A program made the position numbers and the translations under genes. A stretch of 64,000 nucleotides of DNA from Octopus vulgaris. Its lineage: Eukaryota. Positions 38,663 to 53,338 of this stretch are shown here, piece by piece. The DNA lies in NCBI GenBank assembly GCA_951406725.2, contig OX597821.1, positions 45,756,001 through 45,820,000 of the forward strand, read 5' to 3'. How positions within the stretch are numbered: position 1 is the first letter of the stretch; each line of letters opens with the position of its first letter. Below the pieces are notes generated by a model that made no database searches, was not told the origin of the DNA, and saw nothing but the letters and a program-made list of their open reading frames with translations.

Positions 38663-38745
38663 GCTATATTTATCTGTCTGTCTGTCTGTCTGTCTGTCAG
38701 TCTATCTGTCTGTCTATCTATCTATCTAGCTATCTATCTGTCTGT
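38506..38745. repeat. (TATC)n(TGCC)n(TGTC)n compound microsatellite
   Basis: Directly visible. Confidence 0.95.
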
Positions 38746-38904
38746 CTTTTTGTCTGTGCATATGTGCATATGTGCATACGCGCGCGCAGGTGTGTGTACG
38801 TGTGTGCGTGCGTATGTTTGTGTGTGCGCGCGCATTTGTATGACTGTGTGACGCAAACTTTCTTCGTAAATTCTGTATGCTAGCTGGCACGACACATATG
38901 GCTT

Positions 38905-39010
38905 CGGCTTTTATAAGCAGGTTATGAGAGAACCGACGGCTACCAGGCAGGCAAGGCAAGGCCCTGGTGTTTCACCAGCACACAATCAATACTTCCGCCT
39001 TGACGTCATA
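38905..39010 (-). promoter_or_regulatory. Candidate Pol II promoter (TATA plus CRE)
   Basis: TATAAAA on the minus strand at 38909-38915 and palindromic TGACGTCA at 39001-39008, within a locally GC-richer unique segment. Confidence 0.25.
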
Positions 39011-41034
39011 TGTAGCAGAAAACCAACGTTGTTGTATGACGCTGCTCGCCCAAGTTGCTATTTCCAGCATTTTGCTACTCCTGTATATATACTGTTAGTT
39101 TATTTTCTTCTCTCAATCCTCAGCCTTAGCTAGTTCTCACTAAAACATTCCTCCCCCAATTCACCACGTTCAAGCTGATATTACTATTCAGCTACCATAA
39201 GCACTACATTTTTCTCTTTTCTTATTTGGCCGGAATATGTCTGTATTTTAGTTATTTTTATATCCAGCTTTCGTCTATTTTCTGCTTTGCTGATTTAAGA
39301 TGAGAAAATAATGGAAAATAAATAAATAAATAAACGACTTCTCTTTACCAATGCATTTATCAATAAAAGATATTCCGCTTAAAATGTTTAATTGTGTGAA
39401 AGCTAGAAAGCCTTCGAATCCTCGTCGGCGTTCTGTGTGCATCAACGTCGCTCGTTTTATTTTATCATTATTCGGAAATAAATTATTTACAAAAAGTAAA
39501 TAAAAAAATACGTGCTGGTTGCGTGTACAGACACACATACACACACACATACATACACACACAATCATGCGTACACATACTCACACGTACACACACTTCT
39601 CAAACGTATATAGTTTCATATATATTTATGACACAATAAATACGGGTACGCATATGTGTTAGTTTGTACGTCTCGGTGCATGAGCCTGCATATATGTTTT
39701 ATCCATATTACCAGTATACATACCGCGATATACGCTACATATTTTTATGAATTAATATATTTATAGTTAACATCAATGCAAATAATTTTCTATGATATTT
39801 ATAAATGTTTGCATTATTAAAAATACAAAACTATAGTATTTATTCGGATACAGAAATATTAAGAAATTTTAAAACTAAATATTACTCTTTTCATAAATAC
39901 TCAGGCAGACATGTACATATGTATATTGGCATTTTCTATGTACGTGCGTATACACGTGTATTTGTGTATGCGTGTGTAACTATTCTCTAGCTCGCTTTGC
40001 TCCGTACCTTCCAACAGCGATACACACTAATTATGCTATTTCAACGTTTCTTTTAATGCTTTGTACTTGTCTATTATCACTTCTATGTGAAATATCATAA
40101 ATATTCATACACTGAAGTCAACATAACTAATATTAGTCCCCAACTGCTACTGCTGCGAATATTACAACTACTATTGCTCTTATTTCAACTAAATTCTGAA
40201 CATACTTCCTCGACAAGTTATTTGGTGCGGGACTCTCGTCTTTCATATCTGTTAAAAAATCATAATAATAACATTCGATAATTGCTATTAAAAAAAACGT
40301 ACATATTTTAGTAATAATTATTTTGAGTCGTGATATTTAAAACAAAATTTTACACAAGCTTTTATTATTGGATGTAAAGTGATAATTCTTATAGTGTTTC
40401 TCGAGTCGACTTGTAATTTGACACGTTATAGTTGTTATTTTTACACAACAATTCACATTATTTCAACTACATTGCACGTGTTTGTTTTAAAATGTATGTA
40501 CACACATTCATGTAAAATGGACTGATTATTTCTGACGTATTTACAAAAATAAAGAACCAAACTAGAATCAGCGGTTAGTATTGTTGTTATCTACTGTTTT
40601 GATATTGAGTGTTACATATTTCCATACGTTTCACATCCTTGTCTCACAATTTTTATTTACAGTCTAGGTATAACTAGATCAGTTAACTGTGTGCGATGTA
40701 ATATACATCTGTTGTTCGTTGATGCTTGTTAAACATATCCTTGTCCTAAATACCACCACTTCTATTAATATGCTTGCGTTGTCATGTTTATATTTCGCCA
40801 TTATACCCACCTAACGTTTTCCTCATAACCTTAATTTTCTCTCATCGACGTGTGTGTGCTTGAAATTTGTGTAAATTTTAACCACTTAAATTTCAAACAT
40901 TTTTGCATCAGTCTCTCTTTATGAATGTGTGTGTGTGTGTGTATGTATCTTTATAAATTGTCTGTGTGCATGCACAGTCTCTCTATGTCTATCTTTCTCT
41001 CCCTCTCTTTCTTTCTCTCTCTCTCTATATATAT

Positions 41035-41077
<43 letters not shown>

Positions 41078-42963
41078 TAAAAAGTAAAGTGTAAGAGAAA
41101 GAAAAGTGGAAGTCGAGAGTGGGTGCACTTAGTAAAAATTATTCATAAAAATTCTTGATTAATTACATAAGATGCATTTGTGTAGCTGAATTAGTTCAGC
41201 GAGAATGTGTCCCCATTCTAAGACAAATCATATGCAACTATTTCTTTTTTAATTTATTACGTTTCACAAATATAGGAATATCTTATATCTTCTTATATCG
41301 TTATTAATGTCTTTGAGAAATTGTTTCAATTATATCATTTTAAACATGCACATTTCCACTCATTCATAGGAAGAAATAAAGGTTGTGATAACTAAAGGAA
41401 AAAGTTGTTGAAAATCTAAGATAATATAAAATTTTATGAAGTATTGACGTTTACTGAGCATCGAAAAGTGTTTTTTGAAGGTATAAATAATTAAATATCC
41501 TGTGTGTTTTCCTTTGTATTTACCTACATTATCTATGTGTATGTAGGATAGTTTGGTGTAGAAGAATGTCAGAATATGCGTAATGGAGATTTGGTATTCT
41601 GGTACAGAATTAAGAGCATCAAGCTAAAATAGTTGGCTGTACCCTTGATGACATACTAAATATCTTAACTGAGAGGTTTTAGTTTCATGCACAGATCCTG
41701 CTGAGCGATTAAATTAAACATCAGTTATACTACTAAGACAAAATTGCCATTACTTTCTGGACCGAGCCGACGTTACAGCAAACCTTTGGATTGAATCCAA
41801 TTAATTTAAATTTATTTAATATTGCTTTATGTGCATGCAAAACATATAGTTTTGGAAACTAAGGAATTGTTAATATCATAACAATAGAAATTAAAAAAAG
41901 AATTATTCTTTATCTATGATATAAAAGAAATAATTAGTTTCATACAAAATATAACGATCTTTTTAAAGCGTAAACAATAGGGTGTTGATGTGCTCCTCTT
42001 ATAAAGCAATCAATAAAAATGAATCACAAAAAAAAAAAAACGATTCGATAAAAATTGATAATGTGCATCTGTACGTGGCTACATTTAAATATATTTTCAA
42101 TCATTAGTATATATGTCATTTTTTTTTTATCTAAAATTATTTTAAGCCTCTTGTTTTCTTTCTCAATTGCTGCAAAAGACTTGTCTTGAGGTAAAACAAT
42201 GATATGCTGAGATGCTTAAAGCTTTTCCAAACCTGTGTGGCATAATTTAAATGAAATGTTATAATGGGATGTTGGCACAGTTCTGCAATAACTGTCCCTC
42301 GAAGTTGTGGACAAGGTAAAAAAAAAAATTTAAATTCTGGAATTTTTTCTTTTTGTTTTAGAATCACTTACTCCCTCGTATGAAACGTAGGAATGATAAA
42401 TTATTAGGGAAACTGTCACTCTCTCCCTTTCATATGAGGAATGGGTTTCCGAGGGACAGCTTTCTTAAAACTCTGTCGGCTTTCTTGTCTTGATTTTCAA
42501 GGTGCTAGTTCCCTGGTCTACGATACTTAATTTTGAAAATATTAATCCACTCTTTTGATTTTGCGAAAATATTTATCACAAATCACACATTTGATTACGT
42601 TTTCTTATTTAAAATCATATATGTGATCATAAATATAAACACATGAGACTTATTTTACAGTGACGATATATATTCGTCTATGTGTGCGTATAGTAATGTT
42701 TATGCAAATGTTTATCATAAGAAATATTTACAATCAACAAACACGATTGGTGCATTTAATAACAATTTATTAAAACGAGTTGATATTTTATTGCTTGGTT
42801 TATTTTTAAGCACAGAAAGAATTGTGGGAGATTGATTAATCAGGAAAAGTCAGAATCATTGCAAGTCAAATAATTGTTCGCCCAAATCTTAAAAAATCGA
42901 ATTCAGTATGTAGAAAATGTTATCCCTCTGTCTTAATTATCTATGTAAAATGTGCGTGCGTGC

Positions 42964-43028
<65 letters not shown>

Positions 43029-43113
43029 AATAAAACCAGAAATATATTTCTTACTCTGAAAATCGCAATACAAATGATTCTATTATTTTCTAAAACACCT
43101 CATGTTCTAAGAG

Positions 43114-43361
43114 GGATCTACTGAATTTGACGGCCGGATGTTTTAGTTAATTTTTTTAAACCAAAAACTTTGAAACTTCGGATACTGGTAGAATGTGTCA
43201 CATAGAACAGGGTTTACTCTTTTTGTTTATGACAAAATTTTCTATTCTAGAAGTTATTTCGTGTTAAAGTTGTCGTGTTTGGGTAATTTTAACCAATCAA
43301 TGACGTGTATTCAGCTGAAGAAAATTACTGCAGCCGTTTGCGAACAGCAACTTCCGGGTCC

Positions 43362-43394
<33 letters not shown>

Positions 43395-44131
43395 TAATAA
43401 TAGGCAGAAGTTAGAGTGACCATGACCAAATTCGTGTTTGATAAGTACTATTGATATATATACATATATGCTGATGATATATATACATATATATAATTTT
43501 GTTATTATTTAGCCTCAAATCAACCTTATACAGCAAACCTATCATCAAAGGCAGTTCATCCTTCAGCAAACTGTCTTTTTGAGGATAATCTAGGACATTA
43601 CGTACAATGTGCGTGTGGTTTAGGTTGGGGGATACTTTGGCTGCTATTTTTAGCGTGTCGAGCGACCAGGTAGAGGCTCTTTCAATGGTTCGATTGCGTG
43701 ATGAGATTTTTTTTTGCACATATGTAATATGTATATATATCATCGGCATATATGTATATATATATATATATATATATCATTAGCACTTATCAAACACGAA
43801 TTTGTCCATTATCACCCTGTAACTTCTGCCTATTAATAATGTGTGTGTATATATATATACTTATACATATATATATAAAATGGACCCGGAAGTTGCTGTT
43901 CGCAAACGGCAGCAGTGATTTTCTTCAGCTGAATACACGTCATTGATTGGTTAAAATTACTCAAATACGACAACTTCAACACGAAATAACTTCTGAAATA
44001 CAAAATTTTGTCAAAAACGTTAAGAGTAAACCCTGTTCTATGTGACACATTCTACCAGTATCCGAAGTTTCAAAATGTTTAGTTAAAAAAAGAATTAATT
44101 AAAAAATCTGGCCGTCAAATTGAATAGGTCC
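43114..44131. mobile_element. Fold-back element with ~380-400-bp inverted arms
   Basis: 43114-43490 is the reverse complement of 43727-44131 with scattered mismatches. The mirror ORFs 43195(+) and 44048(-) are near-identical. Confidence 0.85.
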
Positions 44132-45556
44132 TATAGGTTTTCATGTACTGATGAAAATGGTGGAATCATTGGTAGAAGATTTCCTTTTTCTTTCGCTTGA
44201 ATAAGTCAGAGTGTCAGTGATAAAAGAAGAATAAGTGTAAATTTTGAGCTTTCCTCTCCGACGAAAATAAACAACTTAATAGTCTGTCATATTTGACTGG
44301 TAAAAGTTCAGTCAGACCGGAATTATTTCAACTCGCTTCTACATTCGTTTATAGAGATGGAAATGCTGCACGAGAGCATTACAGGATGAAATAGTCAACA
44401 TCTGTTTGACCGATATAATTATGAAATACGAAGTCTTTCAATGGTTGAATTCCTCTTGGGTGTATCCATTGGCTCCTGTGTTCGTTTCGTGATTTGGAAA
44501 CATTCAAAGAAAAAACTGCTTGTAACGATGAATTGTATCCCTTCTCCATACCTATCTGGTATTAGACAAAACTATCGTGAGTTCAGTATCCGAGTAATGT
44601 TTAGTTGTAATGTCCCTCATGTATTTAGAGGGTGATCACGGAAACATATAGTCAGTTTTGTGTCACAGATATTGTGTTTCTTTTTCAAGGTCAGAAATGC
44701 TTTGATTCTGAACAATTCACATCTCACACATTTGGGCTAATGCTTCTCTACATGCACACACTTTTTAAATAAACTATTCATGAGAAAAGTCATCTAACCG
44801 ATAAATGAACTCACCAAAATGTAGTTTTCTATCGGTAGATAACCGTAAAGCAACAGAAAACTACTGTGCCCAGGGAGTGTAATACATAAAGTGTATCATG
44901 AAATGTCCAATTATTAATGATTTACATCTTTGAATTGTTATAGGCTACAACAGTCGAGATTTATAGGAAACAGAAGGCAGTATTGTATTGAGGAGTTCTA
45001 TATCATGAAGGTTTTCATACTTGTTATGTATTCGAGCATAAAGAGAAAGTAGTGAAATTTTAATGAGAATGTTATTCAATGGCACATCGTTTTAATAATG
45101 TTTTGAAGAGTTGCTATTATGAAGAGCTAGCCGTGTAGAGCTAGACGCTAGACTTGTACAGCTAGCATTATTTAAAGAGCACGGTACCTGACAAGTTAAT
45201 TTTTCTAGTCCGTGTCTATGTAAGACATTTTGAAATACATTTGAATTTATATGTTTTTCTTTGTTTGAGGGTCCAGTTAATTTTTCGTGTTGTGGAGAAC
45301 AGAGAATGGCACACATTTTAAAGAAAATATACTACTGAATTGCAAGAATCTTGTCTAGAATGCGGACATTTTTAAAGCTGTGTGTATGTAGATCTGTGAC
45401 TCTAGTAGGGTTTTATATACTTGTTCACGGTTGTTTTCTTCTTTATCATACTTAATAGTTCAATTATTGTAGGCACTACTTTTGCTTTCATGGCCCACAT
45501 CAGATTTAGTTCCATTTCGAGACCTTTGTACTATACGTATGTATATATATATATAT

Positions 45557-45833
45557 CACGTGATCACGTGACCGACCAGACCATCAGATGCTGCTACACA
45601 TCGCTGGTCACAATGCGTTCGAATGACTCCACCCCGCTGGCTAAGCGAGCAGGCCAACAGAAGAAAGATTGAGAGAAAGAGTGGTGAAAGAGTACAGCAG
45701 GGATCCTGCCGGAGCCTCGTGGAGCTTTTAGGTGTTTTCGCTCAATAAACACTCATAACGACCGGTCTGGGAATCGAAACCGCGATCCTACGACCGCGAG
45801 TCCGCTGCCCTAACCACTGGGCCATTGCGCCTC

Positions 45834-45836
<3 letters not shown>
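45557..45836 (-). mobile_element. tRNA-derived SINE (second family)
   Basis: Minus strand reads GGAGGCGCAATGGCCCAGTGGTTAGGGCAGCGG...GTTTCGATTCCC. CpG-rich and flanked by TA repeats. Confidence 0.8.
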
Positions 45837-45868
<32 letters not shown>

Positions 45869-46639
45869 TTGCATACATACATATATACGTACGTGCGCGC
45901 ACGCACATGCTCTCCCCCTTACACATATATTGTGCATATACAATGTATATGAAAAAATCAAAATGAAAGTTTTTAACTCCTGCTGTGTAGTAAATAAACA
46001 GATGTAAAATTTTTTAGACACTTCGTACTTTACACACAGAAAAATAAAAGATGTTAGTTATGATGATCTGTTTTATAACTGGTTGGCTATTCAACCCCTC
46101 TGCACACAAAATGGTTCTATGACAATCATGGTCAAATGATTAGATTAATCTGCATAAGGTGTAATTAAATAATTAATAAATATTTTATGCATAAACACCG
46201 TTCAAGAGAAAATATAAAGCGAGTAGATTTAATATACATCTTTTTATTCTGTAGGCACACAAACAAGGAGATCTCGTGAGATTTTATGGCCTGTTGTCAC
46301 TTGTCTGGGGATAATTCCAAAATATTCTATCTCTTTCAGCCAGCTTTTAGTTTGGGTTAAATTTTAAAATAACGATTTTTATAAGTTCTCATCGTGGAAG
46401 GAAAATAAGAGACACTTCCTTCGAGGTACTGTTAATGTTACTATAACCACGCTATTTGTAATTACTGCAATCTTATTTTAAATATGCCTGTAATAGTAAA
46501 CACAGAGATGTTTTCTTATGAAAAAGATTGTATGCTTTCATATTACGAATTTGATTATCCCACATTCAGAAGGTAAGACAATTTTTTTTTTCTTCTATCA
46601 GTTTTAGCTCAAAGTTGAGGCTATCCTGGGTCACTGCCT

Positions 46640-48770
46640 ATTTGCTACACTGTTATTATTGAGAGCCTTCTCTAATAAGTGGTATTTGGTGAATAAGAGT
46701 TTGATGTTGCTGCCCTCATTTGCACCTCATTCCGCGAGGTAGGTTCATCCGGAATTCTCGACAGGAAGAGATCTAGTTTTGATTTGAAAACACCTACTCC
46801 ACTTTCTGTAGGTCTCTTAGGCTCTTTGGGAGATTATTAAAAAGCTGTGGGCCATTGAAACCCAGGCTGTTGCAATAGCTGATCCTGAAGCGTGACGGCA
46901 GCGTTGGGATTTTTGGCACTGTTCAGTGATGACCCGTTCTGGCATTTGTGTAGCTTTCAATGCCAAAATTTGGTACAATCACTTCCAGGATCTTCCAGAT
47001 GTATATAACTGCATATCTCTTCCGCCTTCGCTCCAGGGAGTAGAGTATTTCAGCCTTTCCCAGTAGCTGAGCTGTTGCAATGAGACGATTTTCTTTGTGT
47101 AGCTTCTCTGGATTGCTTCAAGATCTGCTGTTAATTAGTTGGAAGCAGTAGTCCAGGCGGTTGAGGACGAATGTCCTCCAGAGGGCAATCATGGTTTCCT
47201 TCTCTCTGGTTCTGAAAGCGCTCAGTATCCACCCAGCCAACCGTCTGCACTTTGTCAACATCTTGGTAATGCGCACTTGGAAAGAGGTATCCTCACTCAT
47301 GTCGATACTTAGGTCACGCACTGATTTAGTTCCTGGGATTGTAATCCCCCCTGGGCCAGTGTACCCTGTAAGTTTTTCGTTCAATTTTGGATGTTGGTAG
47401 CGCAGGGCTTGGAATTTTCCAGCGTAACACTGCATACTATTGTCCTCAGCCCATCTGTAAATTGCGTCCAACTCCTACTGCAGGCGTGCAACTTCGCTAG
47501 GGTTTTGTATTTTCTGCGAGATTTTCGTATCGTTTGTGTAGCTAAAAAGGGTAGCTATCCTGGTATCTGAGAACATATATGAGAGGGCTACTATGAAAAG
47601 CAATGGTCCCAAGACAGTCTCCTGTGTAACACCACTCACTATTTGTATTTTCTTTGAGGTGGCTCCATCGGCCACCACTGGCTGATTTCTATCTTTCAGA
47701 AAGTCATGTAACCACTCTCCATGTTTTCCAGCTATACCAAGCTCACGCAGTTTGTTGCATATTATACCATGATCAACTTTATCAAAAGCTTTTGCAAAAT
47801 CAAGGTATATTACATTCACATTTGAGTCGTCGAGTAACTGCTTCAACACCTAGTCATAGTGCTGTGGGAGTTGTGTCAGGCGGTTCCTACCTCGTCGATA
47901 ATCATGCTGGGTATCACTCAGCAAGTTGTTTTCTTCAAGGAATGCGATTAGATTCCCCTCTGACTATTCATTCCATGACTTTGCTGATGTATGAAGTCAG
48001 AGAGATAGGCCTGTAATTTTTGGCAGATGCTCTGCTTCTTCCTTTATGGATAGGGCATATCATTCCCTTCTTCAGTTTGCTTGGCAGCTTGCCATTTGCA
48101 AGAAAACTCTGGAAGAGAATTTGTAGTGGTTTTTCCCGGGCACATTTGCACGATTTGAGGAGGATCGGTGAGAAACCATCAGAGCCGGCACTTCATCTAT
48201 GGCTAGTATTATGTCTTCTCCCCAAATGTCGATGTAATAATCTATCGTAATCGCCTCTCTGATCATAGATGAGGCGGTAAAGAATTCCACTGGTTTGTTC
48301 ACTTGTCTGTGTCCCAATGGGGCAGTAAGGATACTTTTGAACTGGTCATTCAGCACTTCACTGATCATGGTTGGGTTATTTGAGGCCGTTTCTTTGGCAT
48401 GATGAAAGAAAACCTTTGGGATTGACTTAATGTTTCTTTATACCCAGGCTTCTTTGTCTGCTCTCTCCTTCACATAAGATTGTTGCAGGCTTTTTCGGTC
48501 TCCATCAGTGTTGTTTTTAGGCGGGATCTTTCACTACTTTGGGAATGTTGATCGAAGCAATTTTCAGCCTTTGCCTGTTGTCTCATAAGGATCTTCCTCT
48601 CCCTTGGAATCTCGTTCCTTTTTGTGTTGGTTTTATGCTCTGGGACATATTTGTAGCATATGGCTTGCATAACAGACATGAAATACTCTAGTTTCATGCC
48701 GATATCTAGTGTGGAGAGACATTTTGGCCAGTCCTATCTGAGGATCTCTCTTTGGATCGATTTCCAGTCC
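46640..48770 (-). mobile_element. CR1-type LINE ORF2 remnant
   Basis: NYRPISLTS, VIYLDFAKAFDKVDH, SGVTQETVLGPLLF, YTNDTK and RLDYC, with frameshifts. Confidence 0.88.
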
Positions 48771-48789
48771 GTTGTGTATATATTGAATA

Positions 48790-48908
48790 TTGCTCACTAA
48801 CTCCGTGCACCTTGACCATTAGATCTTACCTTTACTTATGTATGTATGTATGTATGTATGTATGTATGTATGTATGTATGTATGTATGTATGTATGTATG
48901 TATGTATG

Positions 48909-48950
<42 letters not shown>

Positions 48951-49049
48951 CATACATACATACATACATACATACATACATACATACATACATACATACA
49001 TAAGTAAAGGTAAGATCTAATGGTCAAGGTGCACGGAGTTAGTGAGCAA
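48790..49049. repeat. Palindrome: perfect 49-bp inverted arms around (TATG)n-(TA)n-(CATA)n
   Basis: 48790-48838 is the exact reverse complement of 49001-49049. Confidence 0.95.
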
Positions 49050-52000
49050 GCAATCCGTAGAAGATATAATAAATAACTTTCAGTGACAATAGTGGTTTAT
49101 TGACACAATATTTATTGGCAGAACATGCCTCGAGTTTACATGTTAAAATTATAACATGTAAATACAAAACATGTTCATTATCGCCTCGTCTTTATATGCT
49201 AATCTTGGCTTTCCTGCTGACGAGAGCTTCGCCAATGTAAATTATTGAGATAGATAGTCCTTATTTCTTTTTAGTATGCAATTTTGTTATTATTAAGATG
49301 TTTCCCGTGAAATATACTAATTCTAATTAATGAATGACAAGGATTTTTTAGGCACCACTGAGAACAATTAGGATAATTTAAATAGTGATTTAAACTGCAG
49401 GGTGACTATAAGTTAATGTTTTGCAAAAGTGCTGGGCTAGTGCTTACTTTTATTCACAACCATTCCCGTTGAACTTCGGAATATACTCGCTTCATTGTGC
49501 AAATAGTGAATATATTTTGGGTGCATATACATATTTACTTGACCTGCTAGAAACAGCAAACAAACCTCCATCAAATTATACTCTGACGTCTTAAATATGA
49601 AAGGCATTAGATATCATTAATGATACTCTAAAAGCATGTTATGTACACTGATGGAATGCTTTTGTGCATAGGTTTTCTCAACAGGGGATGCCCTAGGTTT
49701 CGTACGAGGCTTGGAATCTACAACCAAACTGTCCTAAGATATATTCTCCGATATTTAATTTTCTAGAACTAATTTATAAATGATGCTCTCGCAAATTACT
49801 AAAGTTTATGTCAGCTCTCCATTTAGATTCAGACGGCAATTAAAGATTGCTAACTAATAGCCTTCCTGGTATAACATCGGTTTTTGCTTACGTATGCAAT
49901 AAAACCAATTTTGGTTGAGAAAGGATAGAGTTAATAAGATAGGTCTCGAAAATTACTGGTTCTTTCTTTATTAATTCAGTATTAAGAAATTTCATTGGCT
50001 TACAAAGTTTACATATAGAGAATAAATTGAGCAAATCAATAAATGAAGGGCACTATCATTTTATCATATCGCTTTCAGTATTTGAGGAAAATTGTTTCTT
50101 TTTGGTAGTCGAGGCGTATAAACGACTTAATTTTCAAATTTAATTCATTTTTTATTCATTTTTATTCATTTTTTATACATGTTCTTTCTAATTTTAAACT
50201 TTAGAACGATTGGGAGTTGTAATAACTGATAGTAAGAACCAAATAAGTTTAATACAAATTGTATTAATTATCTGAAAACTAAATATTGCAAAATCAGTGA
50301 TACATTTATTGTTAACTAACGATTCGGTCAAATTCATCGCTTTTCATGTTATCTAAATATAGGGATTGACCCTTTATGTACTTAGACTTTAAAAAATTAC
50401 ATAAAGGAAATGAACTTATAAGTATTTCAAAACATTAATTTATATTTTAAGATGACTTTCTTCGCACATTGATCATAAATAATTCATCCTTATACTTTGT
50501 TATTTGATTTTTCTTCTTGCATTCTTCTCTGATGAATGTAGGAATCAATGTATCATATTTGTTAGATTTCCAAGCAATAAAGTATTAACGAAAAGATATT
50601 CAATCATTTGCTTATAATGAAATAATATACATTATATGATGGATATGGTCAGAAATCAATAATTGTGAAATTTTCAAAACTTAATTTGTTATTAACGACT
50701 ATCATTTAAAAGTCACAAATGACGGAATCGACGGTGAAGAGCTACCGGCAGAAGTGCTGGTGGATGTTATGCTGTAAAAAACCCACAATTTAACTCTCAA
50801 TGATCCAATTTACTTTTTGTAGAAACTATAATGAATCACAGCTCATCGTTAAGGCATAAGTTACTCTGAAAATTCTATAAAAGCTTCGTTAGCTCTGTTA
50901 GCTGAAGATGGAAACTTCTTCAACCAGGTTTAACCAATAAACGAACTTTCTAAGAAACCACCCGATATGCGAGAAATTGCAGCCACATCTCTTTCTCATC
51001 ACTCCAGTGGCTTAGAGAAGAAAATATTGGATGATATAAGTTTTGAGTTCCCTGCACATGGGAAAGTAGCAAAATGATCACGGTTAAATGCCATTTATTA
51101 TAAATCTGTTGAAATAACCGTGATCTGAGGACAGACAACTTGCCCTATATATATAAAGTCGTAGATTTCATCATTGCCATTAGACTTATTCAGCAAGTAG
51201 AAAAGACAGTATTGGCTATTCCAAAAATGAACACTATCATAAAAGTTTCGTACACTATTGAGTTATATGGATTTACTATATTAATGCCATCCTTAGTACA
51301 TCAATTACGTTTTGATATTAACAATTTTATGAGTTGGAATCACGCAAGACTATCTGTTTTGCAAATCAAACTAATTATCTTAATTCAATTCCACTAGTTG
51401 AAAATAACTGAATAATTTATATTATTTTGTTGTTGTTTCCCTTCACATTGGTTCCATCGTATTCCATTCAGTAACATTTGATCAATGTCCGACTCAACTG
51501 CCAATGTGTATAATTTTGCACTTGCATACATAGAATATTTCTAAGAAAATATATTCTTGTACAAAACAGACTGGCATTTAACGAAATCTTTCTCTTTATC
51601 TCATATTTTATTAACAAACACATCTAAATGATTTGTCGCCTTCAGAATCCTACCTACAACAAGTATAATTAATCACCTATTTTACTGAATGGGAAAATTA
51701 TTCTGAAGTTTTTTGTTGCAAATAATTTTTATCTTTCAAATTAATTTACAATGATGTTGCTGAGTAAAATATTCTGTATGGGTTATATTATGGATTGAGC
51801 ATTTTGCATCAGATCAAAAAGATAATATTAGTTTATCAATATGTATTAATAAATTGACAAAAACAGATACATCGTGTTTTATAGAATTACATTTACTTTT
51901 AGTTGTTGATTTAAAAAATTTAAAACATTTTTAATAATTTTCCTTTTGTTAAATTTGTTTTAATATAATGTTAAAATTGCAAAGTTGATTGTTTAATATT

Positions 52001-52129
52001 TATATGAATTTAAAATCCAAACGCATCATTTAGTAATCTTATGTGTTGATGTCTAAGAATTACTAAAATCAAAAAATAAAAGCAAATCAAAGATACTAGA
52101 AACAAACCGTTACTCGCAATATATATAGA

Positions 52130-52407
52130 CGTTAGGGTATTCAGATCACGATCGTAATGTCGTTTGTTAGATTCCCATCGGCGTGTTGTGTACCTTGAGC
52201 AAGACACTGTATTTCACGTTGCTTCAGTCCACTTAGCCAGCAAAAATGAGTAGCACTTGTATATCAAACTGCCAACCTTGTACACACTCTGTATCACGCC
52301 GAATCTTACTGAGAACTCTGTCAAGTGCTCAACGACCTGCCCTTTAATTTCATGAGTAGGCTGTTCCATCGATCGAATCAACTGGAAGCCTCGCCACAGT
52401 AACCGGT
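52130..52407 (+). mobile_element. Older tRNA-derived SINE
   Basis: CTTGAGCAAGACACT-TATTTCACGTTGCT-CAGT core, the reverse complement of the core in the 14307 and 52450 copies. Confidence 0.65.
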
Positions 52408-52411
52408 TTTA

Positions 52412-52449
<38 letters not shown>

Positions 52450-52453
<4 letters not shown>

Positions 52454-52787
52454 CCCCCTTCGGTCATGAATGACCATGGGATTGCACCTAGAAAGTTACC
52501 CTCCTAGACACAAGTCTGGGCAAGGTTGTTTATGGAAGACCAGCAGTCGCCCATGCATACCAGCCTCCCCTCTCCACGTTATCACCAGTGTTATCCAAGG
52601 GAAAGACAAAGGTCGATACAGCTTGGCACCAGTGACGTCGCAACTCATTTCTACAGCTGAGTGAACTGGAGCAACGTGAAATAAAGTGCCTTGCTCGAGA
52701 ACACAACACGCAGCCCGGTCCGGGATTCGAGCTCACAACCTGACGATCGTAAGCTCGACGCTCTAACCACTGAGCCATGCGCCTTCA
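52450..52787 (-). mobile_element. tRNA-derived SINE, near full length
   Basis: Minus strand has A box TGGCTCAGTGG and a B-box-like GCTCGAATCC. Body is shared with 14307-14505. Flanked by TA-rich repeats. Confidence 0.85.
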
Positions 52788-52859
52788 CATATATACATAT
52801 ATGTGTGTGTACATATATATGCATATGCATATATACATGTTTATATATGTATGTATGTA

Positions 52860-53090
52860 TATTCTTTTATTCTTTCCATTATTCCCTTACTTGTTTCAGT
52901 CGCTTGACAGCGGTCATGCTGGAGCACCGCTTTGGCGGGTTTTAGTCGAACTAATCGGCCCCAGGTTTTCTTAGTCCAGTACTTATTCCATCAATCTCTT
53001 GCCGAACAACTAAGTTACGAGGACGTAAACAGACCAATACCGGTTGCCAACCAGTGATACGAGGAATAGGTACAGACACAAAGACACTAA
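52860..53090 (-). mobile_element. SINE 3' portion
   Basis: Reverse complement of the 2290-2500 family. Confidence 0.7.
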
Positions 53091-53093
53091 CAC

Positions 53094-53136
<43 letters not shown>

Positions 53137-53237
53137 TAATAATATAGGGTGAAATTAATTAATTTGGAATAATCATTAATTTCACCAAGTAGATTTCGGC
53201 ATGTAAAAGCCTCATTCGAGGAAAGTTTAAGTAATAC

Positions 53238-53338
53238 TAAGTAATTAAGGGTTTAGCAACGATTTGCCTCACCACACACCGACTGCTATTTCTAAATTCG
53301 GTGTGTGGTCAGGCAAATCGTTGCTAAACCCTTGATTA

